From contig MU058206.1 in NCBI GenBank assembly GCA_013265495.1, positions 62,001 to 126,000 on the forward strand: a stretch of DNA of 64,000 nt, read 5' to 3'. This DNA is from Vicugna vicugna (taxonomy: Eukaryota). The notes under the pieces were generated by a model. It searched no databases, was not told the DNA's origin, and saw only the letters and a list, made by a program, of their open reading frames with translations. The position numbers and the translations under genes are program-made. This document shows positions 1 through 12,949 of this stretch, piece after piece (the first letter of the stretch is position 1; each line of letters begins with the position of its first letter).

Positions 1-3000
1 ATGGGAAAGGCCCGCTCTGGCTGAGGGACAGCCTGATGGAGGTGAATTTGGGAAACAGTGTGGCTGTTGGCCACAGGGCTTTAGATGGAGAGATGAGACC
101 AGAAATCAGAAGAGGGAGGGCTGAGACCAGCAGGCAGGCTGAGGAGGCAATGGGGAGCCACAAGCATGAATTTCTGAGAGCAGGGAAAGGACGCAGTGAT
201 GTCTTGCCATGGACGCCTCCTGAGAGGCTCGTCTCCCTCTCTAAACTGAGCCCCTGCACTAAGAGCCAGGCGTGGAGTTTTGCACTGTGAACGCAACACT
301 CAATCAGCAGCAGAGAGGGGATTTCAAGGATCTTAGAGACAAGTCAGGGATACGAACATTAAACAAGGGACACAGACATTAACCAAGTCATCAATTACAT
401 CTAGAATATGAGCCAGGGGCAGAGAACAGGGCATTGTACGAGCAAAGATCTGGGCCCCAAAATAGTCTGGCCAGTTGGTGAAGGCCCAGGGCACGGTGGG
501 GTGGCTGGGAGGTCACACCCCGGCAGAGGAAAGAGAAAGAACAGGAGAGAGCCTCTGAAAGCAGCCTCCCTGTCCCCAGTTCTCATCCTCTCTCAAAGCA
601 AAAGCCCCCAGCAGTGCTCCTGCAGGGTGCTCGGCTCGGAGCCAGCACACTCCCTCTGCCTGTGAAGCACCTGTGTGGACCCTCCTGCCTGGGCGCAGAG
701 TCCACAGCCTGCTGAGGGCACAACCATGTGTCCCCAGGCTGTGGGAGCCCCTCTGTGTGACCATGGCAGTCTCAGGGGCCCCGCCTCACTGCTCGCAGCT
801 CCACACATCCAGCCCCAGATGTTCCCATGCCCCATCGCCCCAGACAAAGCCCAGACAGCCGCACAGCTGGTCGGCCTGCGGGACAGCGGGCCTGCCAATA
901 GCCCCGGGGAGGAGGGCGAAAGGGGGACACCTCAGACAAACAGAGCTGGCTCCCTGCGCTCAAGCATACACAGGTCGGAGGCCTGAGTGAGCAGGCTGGC
1001 CCGGGGCTGGGCTTAACCCTTTCTCTCCCAGCAGGGCTCCAAAGAGTCCCCTATCCACTCATCTCTGCCATTCCTCTGCCTCCAGCCAGGTGTCCCCGCC
1101 CCTCAACCACCCCAGCCAACTCTTCTGGCTGGACAAGGGAAGTCATTCCTTGCTCCCTGGGGGCAGGTTCATTCATTTTCATAGCAACAAGACACAGGTC
1201 TTTTCCCTAAGGAGTCAGGATCTGGAAGTCCTTTCTGTCGTCTGACCTTGCTCCCACTCTCTGACTCGGTGACTGCTGTCCACCTGCTACAGCAGCTGCT
1301 GACTGCCACCCCCACCCCCCCGCCAATCTCCAGTTCCCTGCAGCCTCCAAGCGAGAAGCAAGAAATGGGTCCAGGAAGAGCAGGAGGAGAAGCGATAGAG
1401 GCAGTGTCTGAGGAGGCTCTGGAACCTGTCCTGAGGGTGTTGCCTTGCTCTGGAGGAAGCAGGGTGCAGCAGGTGAAGCCTGGGCTCCCATCGCAGCCCC
1501 CCGCCCATAATAATGCGGCCCTAGACAAGTCACCGAGGTCTCTGTTAACCTGTTTGTGAGACGGCAGTGAATGTTAGAGCTGCCCTCCTGGGGCTCAGAG
1601 AAAGAAAGAGTTCAGTTTATGCAAAGTGCCTAGACTGGTACCAGCACCCAGAAACTGCTTCACCAGGGCTGCCCGTGACTGCTCGGACAACAGCAGTGCC
1701 AGCACGCTCCAGGCAGAGGCAGAGTCCGAGCCATCTCGAACTCACATGCTGGTAGCCGAGGCACACACTGAACATGTAAGCAATTAGCAAACAAGACCCT
1801 CCCAGACTATGAAGGTGATAGGAAGGCACTCAGAGTGGGGCTATTAGGGGTTCTGGACAGATGGGTAAGAGGCAGCATGGGGAGGGCTGGGGTGTTAGAG
1901 AGTGGCCATTTGTCCATCTCTCTAATTCTGTGTCCTGTTGCCCAAACAGAGACTCAAAAGTGAGCAGGCACCAGGCCCTGCACCCAAGACCTTGCCGTCC
2001 TGACAAATGCTCAGAGAGACGCAAGTTACAGGAGCGCAGAGCAGGCCTCCTTCATCCCCGGGCAGGCAGAGGGAGAAGAGAAGCTTGGGGCTATTGGAGA
2101 GAACATCTGAGGCTGGGATGAGGTAGGGAAGCCCTGTGAGACCAGGTGTGAAAGGCTCTGAATGCCAGACAAGGAGTTGGGACATTCTCCTGGGGCAATG
2201 GGGAGCCGTGGAGGGTTTGAAGTTAAGAAGTGACTGTTCAGATGTGGGTTTGGAAGGACCACTCTGGCTGCAGTGAGAAGAGATTGGAAGGATTGTCCTG
2301 GGGAGAAGCAGGGAGCCCAGGCAGGGGCCAAGCCTTTGCTTTTTGGAGGAAAATCAGTAGCTCCTGGCGACTGACTGGACCCGCAGAAGAGAAGAACTGG
2401 GTTTCCCTGAGCTGGACTACAACCCACCCCGTCCTGTTCAATCCAACACATCTCAACACATCCGCTGGGGGCAAGAGACAGCCGTGAACAAACTAAATCA
2501 GGATCTCGAGGAGATCCTAGCCGGTGGGGGAAAACAGACACTAAACAAGCCGCACTGGGAGTGGTGGCTTCTGAATTATTAAAGGAAAGCGGGACGGGCT
2601 GTCTGCGCTGGACCTGAGCTCCCAGAGGGCAGGGGCTGTGTCTCCCCTTCACACTGGAGATGCCTGAGCTGGGAGCAATGCTTTCTCCATGAGTCTGGAG
2701 GCTCCCTAAGAGATAGTCTGTTTCCTGCTGGTGCCGGTGCTGTGGTCCGGCAGCCAGGCGCCTGCCCACTCCCCACACCTCCCTCGGGGCCAGGAACAGA
2801 GGGAGCAGGTCATGTCATCCTGAAATACTCTCCAGCCGCCCACCATTTCCTGAACTGAGCCCACTGTTCCCAGGGTGGCAGGGCCACCCGCTCTGTCTCT
2901 GCAGCACTTCTCGGGGTGTGACTGGGCCATGGGAGGATTGGCTCCCCATGGAGAGTCTCTGCTGGGGCTCTGCCCCTGCTGCCCTCTGTCCTCCGTCAGC

Positions 3001-6000
3001 TCCAACCTGACCTGCCTGCTCTCCCCCAGCTGTAAGCTCACTCAGCTGCTGACGTCAGGGAAGATGGCTGATTGGGTCCAGACGGGCGCTGGGCAGAAGC
3101 CAACGGTCCACGCTCATCCTCAGGAGGGGCCTGAGGGCAGGACCAGGTCTGGAAGAAGACCCAGGAGAGGCTGCTAGAACAAGGAGGGTCTAGGAACAAG
3201 AGATGGGAGACACAGACCCCAGCCTCTGTCCTCAATTCCTGTGGGTCTTAGGCAAGCCCCTTCCCTTCTATTAGCCTGTTTACTCACAAGGTGATGGCCT
3301 GGGATGGTACCACAGCCCCTTGGCCCTCACTTTCTTTTTTTATTCCAACAAGGGCAATACAGCTTGGAAAACTGTAAGGTCAGGGGACTGCATGTGAGAG
3401 CCCCAGGCAGCTAGATGAGAGGAAATGCCATAGAGAATGAGGGATTTGAGGCTGACACGGAGACAGATTTTTCTGGAGGGAAGGGGGATGAGCCCCTGGA
3501 CGGGCCCTGTGTCACTGCTTTCCAAGGCTCCAGCAGGAGGGACCTGTGGCCAAGGTAGCATCTGAGGATGCCTCCTGCTCTTTTGCAGGGATGGCAGGAC
3601 TTCGTCCTGGTCAGGCTGGATTTTCCCTTCTGGCACTCATGAGGTTTGACCTTTGAACTTCGGCTTAGTCATGGGGCAAAGCTGACTGTCCACTGACCCC
3701 ACACCGATAGGATTGTGCAGAGCCCAGTGCCGGCTGTGAGCAGGGCGGGCAGTCTGATGGGGAAGACACAGCCTTCGCCTTCAGGAGCCAAGTGGAAGGG
3801 AGGAGTCAGCCCCTCCCTCAGGGAAGGGACCTGTCACACAGAGAAATGACCTAGGAGTCAGGCAAGCACCAAACCCCCCTCCTCTGGCGGCAGTTGGACC
3901 CCCAACTGCGTGTGAATCTGAAACTGGATCGGGGAAGCCGAGCTGGCAGCACGCCCAGCAGTGAGTGCTGTGTGTTGGGGAGCTCACTGGGGTGAGAAAG
4001 CCCCCGTGCATCCCCCTGCCCCAGCCTGTCTGCGGACATGTGCTTGGGTGTAAGGGCTGGGTGGGAGACTGCACGCGCCTCTGTGGGCAGATGTCCTGGT
4101 ACCTGTGTTCAGGCCTGGGAGATGGATGTGCTGGGGGCGTGGTCCTCGGTGCTGGGGAGTGTGCTCCACCCAGGGGCTGATGGAGGTTCTGCAAAGGTGT
4201 GAGGTGCAGGTGTGTGCACGTGGCATGAGCCGGGGAAGCAGAGCCCCAGGGGAGTGGGGAGCCTGGGCTCAGTGTCTGTCCCATGAGGTCACGCTGGGTG
4301 ATCTGCACGCCCTCCCTGGACCTTGAGCCCCCTGCACTCAGGGAGGCGTCGAGGGCTGCGTGAGCCTCCCCCAGCTCCATCAGTCTGCGCTCTGAATGCT
4401 GAGGAAAGCCCCAGGGGCCCTGCCCACCCACTGCCAGGCCTCCTGTCTGCCCTTGATCCCTCGCCTTGGAGCCCGAACAACTGCGCCTGACCAGTGAATG
4501 CAGGCTGGGCCAGCTGTCACTGTGACATCCATTCTCCGCGGCGGGCTTTGGAGCTCCCACCCAGCTCCCCAGCACCTCTCGCCCTTCTCCTTCCCTGCTG
4601 CGCCCATAGCTGGCAATCAGGCCAGGGGCCGTCTGGAAGCCTCCCTGGCCATGGTGTCTCATGGGGTTCTAAGCCTTAATCCACGAGCTCAGAGGGACCA
4701 AAGTGATAAGGAGTTCTGCTCCCAGCACCCCCACAGCTCCACTTTCCACTGCCCCTGAGGATTCCTGGGGCCCCAGCCCAGACCAGGAAGAAGTCTGCTT
4801 ATTTGTGTATCACTTACATCTGATTTGCATGTGCCTCCTGGTTGGCCATTTCTAAGCAACCTGGGAATTCAGATCATACAGGATGCTGAGCCTTTTCTAG
4901 GGACTTGCTTCTCTCCATCTCCCCTTGACCCAGGTGTCTCCTAAGGAACAGTCACTCATACACACACACATGCACACCTGCACTTGTACACAGGCACAAG
5001 GATATACCAGCCTCCATCTGCATGCAGGAACCCAGAGTCCTGTGTCCCAGCCCTGTGCACTCTCACCTGTGCCCCATGGGAGATGCACCGAGTATGTACT
5101 CATATGGGCAACTGCACAGGTGCTCACATTTCTGTCTTCACACAGACTCAAAACTCACATTTATATACATTTGTCTACACGTGGGACCCCACAGCTCCAC
5201 ACAGGGGCCTGGGGGTTGCACACAGTCTGTGTGCCAAAACTGGCAGCCAGTGAAGTGCTCTAAGCAAGAGATCTCACCTAGACCCCTAGATGGGCACTCC
5301 TGTGTGATTGGCTGGGAGGAGGCAGCTCTAGTAAGGTGGCTGTTTTTAGTGGTTTTACCACCAGTGGGTCCCTGGGATACCACAGTCAGAGTAGCAGTCC
5401 TTTATTCAGAGTTTCATCTCCTCCAAAATATGGCTCCAGACTGTATTGTCTGCATTATCTCTGTTTCCCGCAGCCCAGGCCTCCTGCCCTTATTGGTCCC
5501 CAAATATGGCTTCCTTGGGTGACCCTGTTTTCAGACTTTATTCACCCTGTTCCCCACCAAGAACACCTCCCTGCTTCCCTCCACCATAAACATTCACATC
5601 TTTGCTCTGCTGTGCTGTGCTGTTCCCTCTTCCTGGACGAGATTCGTCCCCTGTCCACTGAGCACACTCCTATACATCCTTCAAAGTCCCACTTGGAATG
5701 TCACTTACTGGGTGAATCCATCTCTAGGATTACTTCTACCAGTCAGAAGTAAGCTCACTCCTCACTCTGCACATCCAGAGGCAGAACAGTGGGTTGAAGA
5801 GATGGGGTTGGCCCTGAAGATCTGTGTAGGGGATGTTTATGGGCTTGGGGGCTGCAACCCACCATTTGAAACGAGGGACAGGGGACTTTTCTGAAAACTC
5901 CAATTACATGGTGAATGCTTGGGTTTACATTATATTTTGTGTTTATTTTGAGGGGAAGAGCATAGACATCAGATTCAGACAATGTGGCTCCCACCCTTTC

Positions 6001-7599
6001 TACTGTGTGCCTTTGGGTGAGTGTTACAGCTTCTTGGGGCCTCAGTTTCCTTGTCTGTAAAATGGATGCACTGCAGGGGGTTATGAGGACTCAGTTAGAG
6101 CCTGAACATTTATGGCCCAAATTCTCATTTTATTGAACAGTACAGACTAATTTGGCTCAAAGGATTTTTGCTCACTTCTCAGTCTCCCCACTGCACTAGA
6201 AGTTCCTTTATAGCAAGAGTTGTCTCTATCTACAAAATGGGGGTAATAATAGGACAGACCTCATTTGTTTACAGTGAGGATTAAATGACTTAACTCATGT
6301 AACATGCTTAGAAGAGTTCCCTGCACTACTCAGTGTTCAGTATTATAATTCTTACTGCATACTCTATCGTGTAATACTTACAATAGCCTTGTGTTTTTGG
6401 AGCTATTGTTATCCCACTTTACAGGTGGGAAAAGTGAGGCTCAGAACATGTAGGGGCTTCCTTGCCAAGGTCACACAGTGAGCAAGTATCAGAATCTAGA
6501 TTTGAATCTGGATTGGGCAGAGTCTTAACTGCAGGTCAGGATGTGACAGTTCTGGACAGACTGATCAAATGTCCAGCCCAGGACTTCCTGATACAGCTTA
6601 TTTGCATATGTCCACAAACCTTACTGTGTCCCTATAGCACATAGGCCTATGCTCCCTCTGGACTCAGCAACTGATGACAGCGTGGGGCACCGGCCGACGG
6701 AGGCTCATAGCTACATCACTCTGAGAACAAGATTCCACTTGAGGTGGGGGAGACAGGGTGACGGCCTGGGTGAGGTCTTTGTCCACACTGACCCAGGGTG
6801 ATGGTCATTTGGACCCTCCTCACATCTCCACTCAGCTTCCCAGCCCAGAGCACCTGGCTGGAGAGACTCTATCTACCCCAAATGTCCTATAGTGAGTGCC
6901 AGGACAAGGGTCCTAGAAAGTTTGCCCCAGAATGTGCTTCCCTACAGCTCTGAAGGCCAGGCCTCACTCACACCACCGCCCACTACATACTCTGATGCAA
7001 CAGCCTAATGGGGGCCCCCAGTTCTGTTGGGGAGAGCCCTTGGAGCAACAGAGGACCAGGGAGGCAAGGACACATGGGGTTCCCCTGTGGCTACTGGATT
7101 CTTCCAAATCATACAGCTAGCTCCCAGAACCAATGGGAACCTCTTTCTCTGGCCCGCTGGGGTCTTGGCCAACAAGCAGCCAGTGTCCTTGGATGTCCTG
7201 CTGAGGACCTGGTCCCACCCATGTGTCCCATTAGCTCCAGAGAGAATGGCAAGGGTGGTCCAGATGGCCAGGATCCCAGGAGGGAAAAGCTAGGCTGGGG
7301 CCCAGCCAGCTCTGGGTTTGGGGGAGGCTACAGGTAGAGAGAGGGGTGGCAGAGATCAGAGGCAGGGGCATGGAAGAAATGATTTCTTGAATCTCTTCAG
7401 GCTCCAATCCAGCCTGCACTCTTCAGTCCAGGCTTGGAGAACCGGACACTTGAATCCGGTGGACACTCTGGCGTGACCAGGGCTGTAGAGAGAAGGATCC
7501 TGTGGACCGGGAAGCAGTGGTCAGCGGGGCACACTCAGGACCTCAGCTTCAGCAAACGGCTCAGGACCGCGCTGAGCCTGGCCAAGTGCGGCGCCGCCG

Positions 7600-7618
7600 C
7601 AGCGCCCTCTGTTGGCCA
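7600..7618 (-). promoter_or_regulatory. Candidate CTCF site
   Basis: Minus strand TGGCCAACAGAGGGCGCTG is close to the CTCF consensus TGGCCACCAGGGGGCGCTA and lies in a small CpG-rich patch. Confidence 0.65.
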
Positions 7619-8834
7619 GAGGCGGAGGCCGTCTGTTCACAGCTCTGCAATGGTTGGGGGATAGGGGCTGTGGGAGGGACTCAGGACCAATACAAGGTCC
7701 CTAGTGTCCCAGGAGTCAGCGCCCATTGAGGTGATCATCCGAGCTGGGAGACCCTTGGAGGCTCCTACTTCAATCCCTATTTTGTTGCTGGGAAAACTGA
7801 AGCCAACGGAGGGGAGATGGTTGGCCCCCAGGGGGCTGGGGCCATGGGGCTGGCTAAGTCCCTGTGGGGGTGCCATGGAATGTCCGGGGATTTCCCCAGT
7901 CACCCCAACGATGCACCTCACCAGCTGCTCCAAATCAACCTACTTCCAGGGCACTCCAAGCTGGTCTCCCAGCGCCACCTCTGCCTCCCACCCCTTCTAC
8001 CCAGAACCCTCTTATAACAATTCTAGAACCTTCCTGTCTCCCCACCAACCCCCTCCTCTGCCACCATACCCTGTAGTCTTCTTCAGCCCCCTCACCCCCC
8101 CGCCTCAAGAGACTACCCGTGCTCCCTGACAACCAATTTCCGACATAAAGCCGCCTGCTTTTCTCTCATATTTTTTCCCCCAGGAAATGAAAACTTTGAT
8201 TTCTTTCTTTTCTTTTTTTATTATCTTTATTGGATTTTCTTTTTAATTACAAATCACAGTACTACATGTTCTTTGTAACAGCTAAACAAGCCAGAGGTAT
8301 CTAAAGAAAAAGTTGATAATCTCCTCTCTCCCTTTGCAGCCCCACACCCCCGAGATCACTAATGAGCCGCAGGAGTGTTGTTTATCCTTATTTTTCTAAG
8401 GCTGTCCACCCAACAATAGGAAGAATTGCAACCTACTACGTGTTGGGCCCTGTGCTGAGCCTGGGTTGCTGGGGAAAATAAGGCCACGATGGCAGCCGCC
8501 CTTATGGGGCTTACATTCCAGTAAAGGGAGGAGAGGCAATAGGGAGTAAATAAGAATAGTTCAGACAGTGATGAATTCTTTGGGGTGGGGGGAACGGTGG
8601 GGTGATGGGCTGAGAGTGATGGGTTGTGAGGCAGGGACCAGGCTGCCAGGGAAGGGCTCTCTGAGGAGGGACAGTTGAGTTGATGTCCAGTAGAGGGCGT
8701 TGTAGGCCACTGTGAAGCGTTTGAACGTTATTCTAAAGGCACCGAAACTGAGCATACGAAGGGGTGGCACAGGGACCCCTTAGGTGTTCACTGGGTGGAG
8801 AATGAATTGAAGGTGGGCCAGTATAACTGCCTGG

Positions 8835-8881
8835 AGACAGAGAGAGAGAGAGAGAGAGACAGAGAGAGACAGAGACAGAGA
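8835..8881. repeat. (GA)n/(GACA) microsatellite
   Basis: Direct read. Confidence 0.95.
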
Positions 8882-9643
8882 TTCCTTCTTCTTATATAAA
8901 AATGGGCTCAGACTACATAAATCACTCTGCCCTTGTATTTTTTCCTTCCAGGGCTTCCATGTCAGAAAATGCATCCCCAGTTCCAAAGGGGAAGCAGTTC
9001 ACACTCTGGGCAGCCAGCACCCCACAGCCACCGCCACAGCCCTGGCTGTTAATCAATCTTTTAATTTTTCCAACCCAGAGGGTAAAAAATACATCACAGC
9101 AATCAGAGGAGCAACATTAATAAAGTAGTATTGGCTGATAACCCAAAATACAGAATAAATATCCATGAGTACATATGGATTGAAATAAATTATTGAATAA
9201 ATTAATAAATGGGGGAGAAGAGAGAGATCTCCAGTGCAGAAGAATTCCAAGAAAATGATGTAGCTACTTCATCTTAAAAGAAGGGGCATATAATCCCCCA
9301 CGCCTTAACTGCAGGCTGCACAGAACCACTTCCTTCTAAACAGTCTGGTATGGAAAGAGGCAGGCTAGGGAATAGGGGATAATTTTACAGGGAAAAAGCT
9401 TGACAAACACGGCTTGAGTCAGGCGATCAAGGTCAACATCAGCTGTCACAAGTCACGTTGACAGTAGGTACCCTTGGCATGTGTGATGAGAATGGCACTT
9501 TACCTCTGCGGTCATCCTCCCTGAAATTCACAGCCCCAGTCAATGAGAAAAAGATCAGACAAATGCCAGTAGAGGGGCATTTTCAAAAAATCTGACCAGT
9601 ATGCCTCCAACTGTCAAGTCATCAAAAACAAGAAGAGTTTAGA

Positions 9644-9800
9644 GGGGTGGGTATAGCTCAGCGGTTGAGTGTGTGCTTAGCATGCCTGAGGATTCCCCAG
9701 TCACTATTTAAAAAAAAATAGTCCAGATGAACAAGTTTAATTGTCATAGAAATATGTTTCTTTTTAAGGCTTTTCTTCCATTAAAAAGGGATTTTAAAAA
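9644..9800 (+). mobile_element. tRNA-derived SINE (Vic-1-like), internally deleted and carrying a templated insertion
   Basis: GGGTATAGCTCAGCGGTTGAG A-box head, B-box segment missing, imperfect TSD AAAAACAAGAAGAGTTT / AAAAACAAGACAAGTTT. Confidence 0.85.
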
Positions 9801-9946
9801 AACAAGACAAGTTTGAGGAAAGGTCACAGCCAAAAAGACTAAATGCAATGAAGCATCTTGGATGGGTTCCTGGATCAGAAAAAGGATATTAGGTAAAAAC
9901 TTGAAAATTTGAATAAACTGTGGACTTTAGTTAATAATAGTATGTT

Positions 9947-10063
9947 GGGGGGAGGGTATATCTCAGTGGTACAGTGTGTGCTTAGCATGCAGGAGGTCCT
10001 GGGTTCAATTCCCAGTACCTCCATTAAGTAAATAAATAAATAAACCTAATCACTCCCCCCCCA
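9947..10063 (+). mobile_element. tRNA-derived SINE (Vic-1-like)
   Basis: GGGGAGGGTATATCTCAGTGGT...GGTCCTGGGTTCAATTCCC, (TAAA)n and C-run tail. Confidence 0.9.
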
Positions 10064-10244
10064 AATAATAATGTATCAATATTGTTTCTTTAATTGTAAC
10101 AAATGTACCATACTAATGCAAGTTGTTAATAATAGGGGAAACTGTATGGGGTAGGAGGTGGTCTATGGGAACTTGCTCAATTTTTTTCTGTAAGTCTAAA
10201 ATTGTTCTGAAAAAATAAAGTCTATTTATTTTTATAATTAAAAA

Positions 10245-10790
10245 ATATATATCTCATTGTTGTTTTAAATTGTGTTTTAATTGTTTTAAATGTTTCCCTG
10301 ACGTCTGCTTACGCTGAGTCTCTTCTCACATCCATGTTCTGTCAACTGCTTGTTCATACTTCTGCCCATTCTTTATTTTTTGCTTTTTTTCTTACTGGCT
10401 TACAAATTTTTTTCATAGTAAGGATACCAACCATTTGTCTATTATTACACATGCTACAACAATTTTTTGCAGTCTGTTGTTGTTGGCTATTTTATTTTAT
10501 TTATGGGAACTTACATCACTCAGAAATCTTTTTTTCCATAACCGAATCTTTCTTTTGTATGGCTTCTGGGTTTCCTGCCTCCACAAGTTTCAATAATTAT
10601 TCTTCTAAATTTTCTTCTAATATTTTTAGCTCTTATTTTTCACTCTAAAATTTTAATCCATTGGGGATCTATCGTGTAGGTGGTGTCAGGTAGGAGTGGA
10701 GGATTTGACTTTATTTTCTTCCAGATGGATCACTGATATGGCAGCAACTTTTATTAAATAAATCAACTTTCTCCCTAAATTGACATTCCC
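10245..10790 (-). mobile_element. Old L1 (L1ME-like) fragment, continuing the fragment at ~8890-9090
   Basis: T-rich antisense L1 motifs (ATCTCATTGTTGTTTTAAATTG, TTTTAATCCATTGGGGATCT, CTTTTATTAAATAAATC). Confidence 0.55.
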
Positions 10791-11520
10791 CTTTGACAGA
10801 AACTAGATCCGTAAATCTTCTCCTGAGAGACTGTTCTCCGTGGTTCTCCATGCTGTCATCAACATCCAGCTCAAAAGCCCCCACACACCTTCTCCTTAAA
10901 GGCTGTCATCCCCGCCCCATTCTTTCCAGCTGGAATCAACCTTTTCCCCACCTGGCCTCCCATGGAATTCATTCATTCAGTTGCACGCACATTTACTGAG
11001 CTCCTCCTGAGTGTCAGGTGCTGGACCAAAGAAGACTGTCCCTGGCTTCTAGGAGTTCACGGTCTGGGGAGAAAGGGGAGGAGAACAACGTGGGGACAAG
11101 TGACTCTGGGGGTACAATGGTGGGAGAGACAGCAATTCCATTTCAGAAAAGCTTCAGGAAGGAAGTGATGGCTGAGCTGGTGAAGTGTCTAATGGTGAAC
11201 AGGTGTTTGCCAGACAGCCAAGGTGGAAGGTGGGCAGGGAGGCAGGAATAGCATGTGTAAAGGCACTGAGGCACGACAAAGCCTGGTGTGTTTGGGGAGC
11301 TGCAGATGATTCAGAAGCCCCAGAAAAGGGATGCAGGTAGGGAAGAGAATGAGAGGGGCAGGCTGGCAAGGCAAGCAGAGCCAAAGGACCTGGAAGGGGG
11401 CCGCAGAGTCTGCCCTCTCTCCTGAGAAGCCCAGTGTTGCAGTGAGTGTGCCATCTCTCACCTCCTAGCTCCACAGTTCACCTGGGCTATCCTTGACTTA
11501 GTTCTTTTCTTTCAGTTGGC

Positions 11521-11695
11521 TACTTTTTTCCCCTATAAAATGAATTCATTTTAAAGGGACACTTTGTATCACTTCCATAAATGGGAAACCAGTATCCCTT
11601 GCTAAAAATAAAAGAAAATAGAAGAAAAGCCTTAAAAAGAAACATATTTCTATGACAATTAAACTTGTTCATCTGGACTTTTTTTTTTTTAAAGG
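11521..11695. mobile_element. Possible hAT-Charlie-type DNA transposon fragment
   Basis: ACTTTGTATCACTTCCATAAATGGGAAACCAGTATCCCTTGC resembles Charlie-family sequence as I recall it. Confidence 0.4.
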
Positions 11696-12949
11696 AATCT
11701 CCCAGCCAACACAACAAATACCTCACTTCAGGACACGCTGGTGTGGTGGGCAAAAGCGTGCACTCTGGAACCCGAGCCACCTGCATCCAAATCCTAACTC
11801 TGAAGAGCACCAGCTGTGAACGTTTGGGGCCATCACCTTATTACCTCCTGAAGCCTCAGTTTTGTTGTACAATTAAATGAGAAAATTTGGATACCATTTA
11901 GTGAGTGTAAACAAGATGCCTTGACTAATTTGGGGCTGTGGGAAGTCTTCCAAGAATTTGAAAAGGAGAGGGACACCATCTAGTTTGCATCTTAGGCATC
12001 AGTCTCCCTCTGGCTGTGTGGGTGGGTAAGGAATGGCTGGGAGAGACTAGTCCTGGCTGTTGTGGTCCCGGTGAGCAATGACGGAGTCCCGAAGCCTGCA
12101 GTAGGATGGAGTAGGAAAAGAGACTGGAGGCAAGACTGGCACCAAGATTCTAATGAGGTGGATAGTGGGGCCCTTCAAGGAGTGGGGAACACAGGAGGCC
12201 TCGAGTCTGTGGGTCAGGATGTGATGAGTATGAATTTGCGTACCTTGAGTTGGTGGAGTCTGTTGAATCCCGTGTTTAGAGTTGGTTGACTTCGGGCCTG
12301 GTGATCAGGAGTGAGTAGGTTATGCCTTTGGGCTCAGGTCAGACCTCCTGCTGCCGCCCCCCACCCCCCTAAGCCTGCAAGGGTCGGGGCAGGGCAGGCC
12401 AGTGCCGAGTCTGCGTGAGTGTGGCAGCTATGGTGGTCCAGGGCAGAACACCAGTCAGAAAAGCGTCTCCAGCGGCATCCTTCCTGCTGCCTCTCCATGT
12501 CTTCTGCTGGTCAGTTAGGCCTCCATGGCTGCAGCTCACCCCTCCTGGGCATCACTGGGATTGAAGCCCCTTTCAGGTTGTGGCCATTCAGAGGCTCATT
12601 CTCCCCATGTACATTGAAATACTGGGGGGCTGGGGCACCAAAGGGGAAAATTGACGACCCCAAATGGGGTAGAGGGAGAAAAGACTAAGGAAGTCTTCCT
12701 CCTGAACTCTCTGGGGTCTCATCTGGTTACCACCCCAACCTTGCCCCTTTCTCAGGGCCCCTCCTTCCCAGGGTCCCATCTCAGATCAGATCTGGAATCA
12801 GAAGGTCTTGATTCCATCCCCTCAACAGAAGCCCAAGTCAGTGCAGCTCTGAGAAGCCCTCCAACCTCCCGGATTCCCCTGACGGTGTCTGCTCCCCATG
12901 CTACTCTCTGCCCTCACCTATCCCAACAGTGCGAGACTGGGAAGAGAGA

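Larger units (their letters stand above)
9095..10240 (+). mobile_element. Old L1 3' end (L1MC-like), host to two SINEs
   Basis: Typical L1M 3' motifs (TGGACTTTAGTTAATAATA, TAATTGTAACAAATGTACCATACTAATGCAAG...TAAAATTGTTCTGAAAAAATAAAGTCTATT). Subfamily uncertain. Confidence 0.7.

Noticed and set aside
2026..4662. 250-aa and 293-aa - strand ORFs
   Set aside because: No recognisable domain, partial overlap with an L2 remnant, composition typical of GC-rich non-coding DNA.
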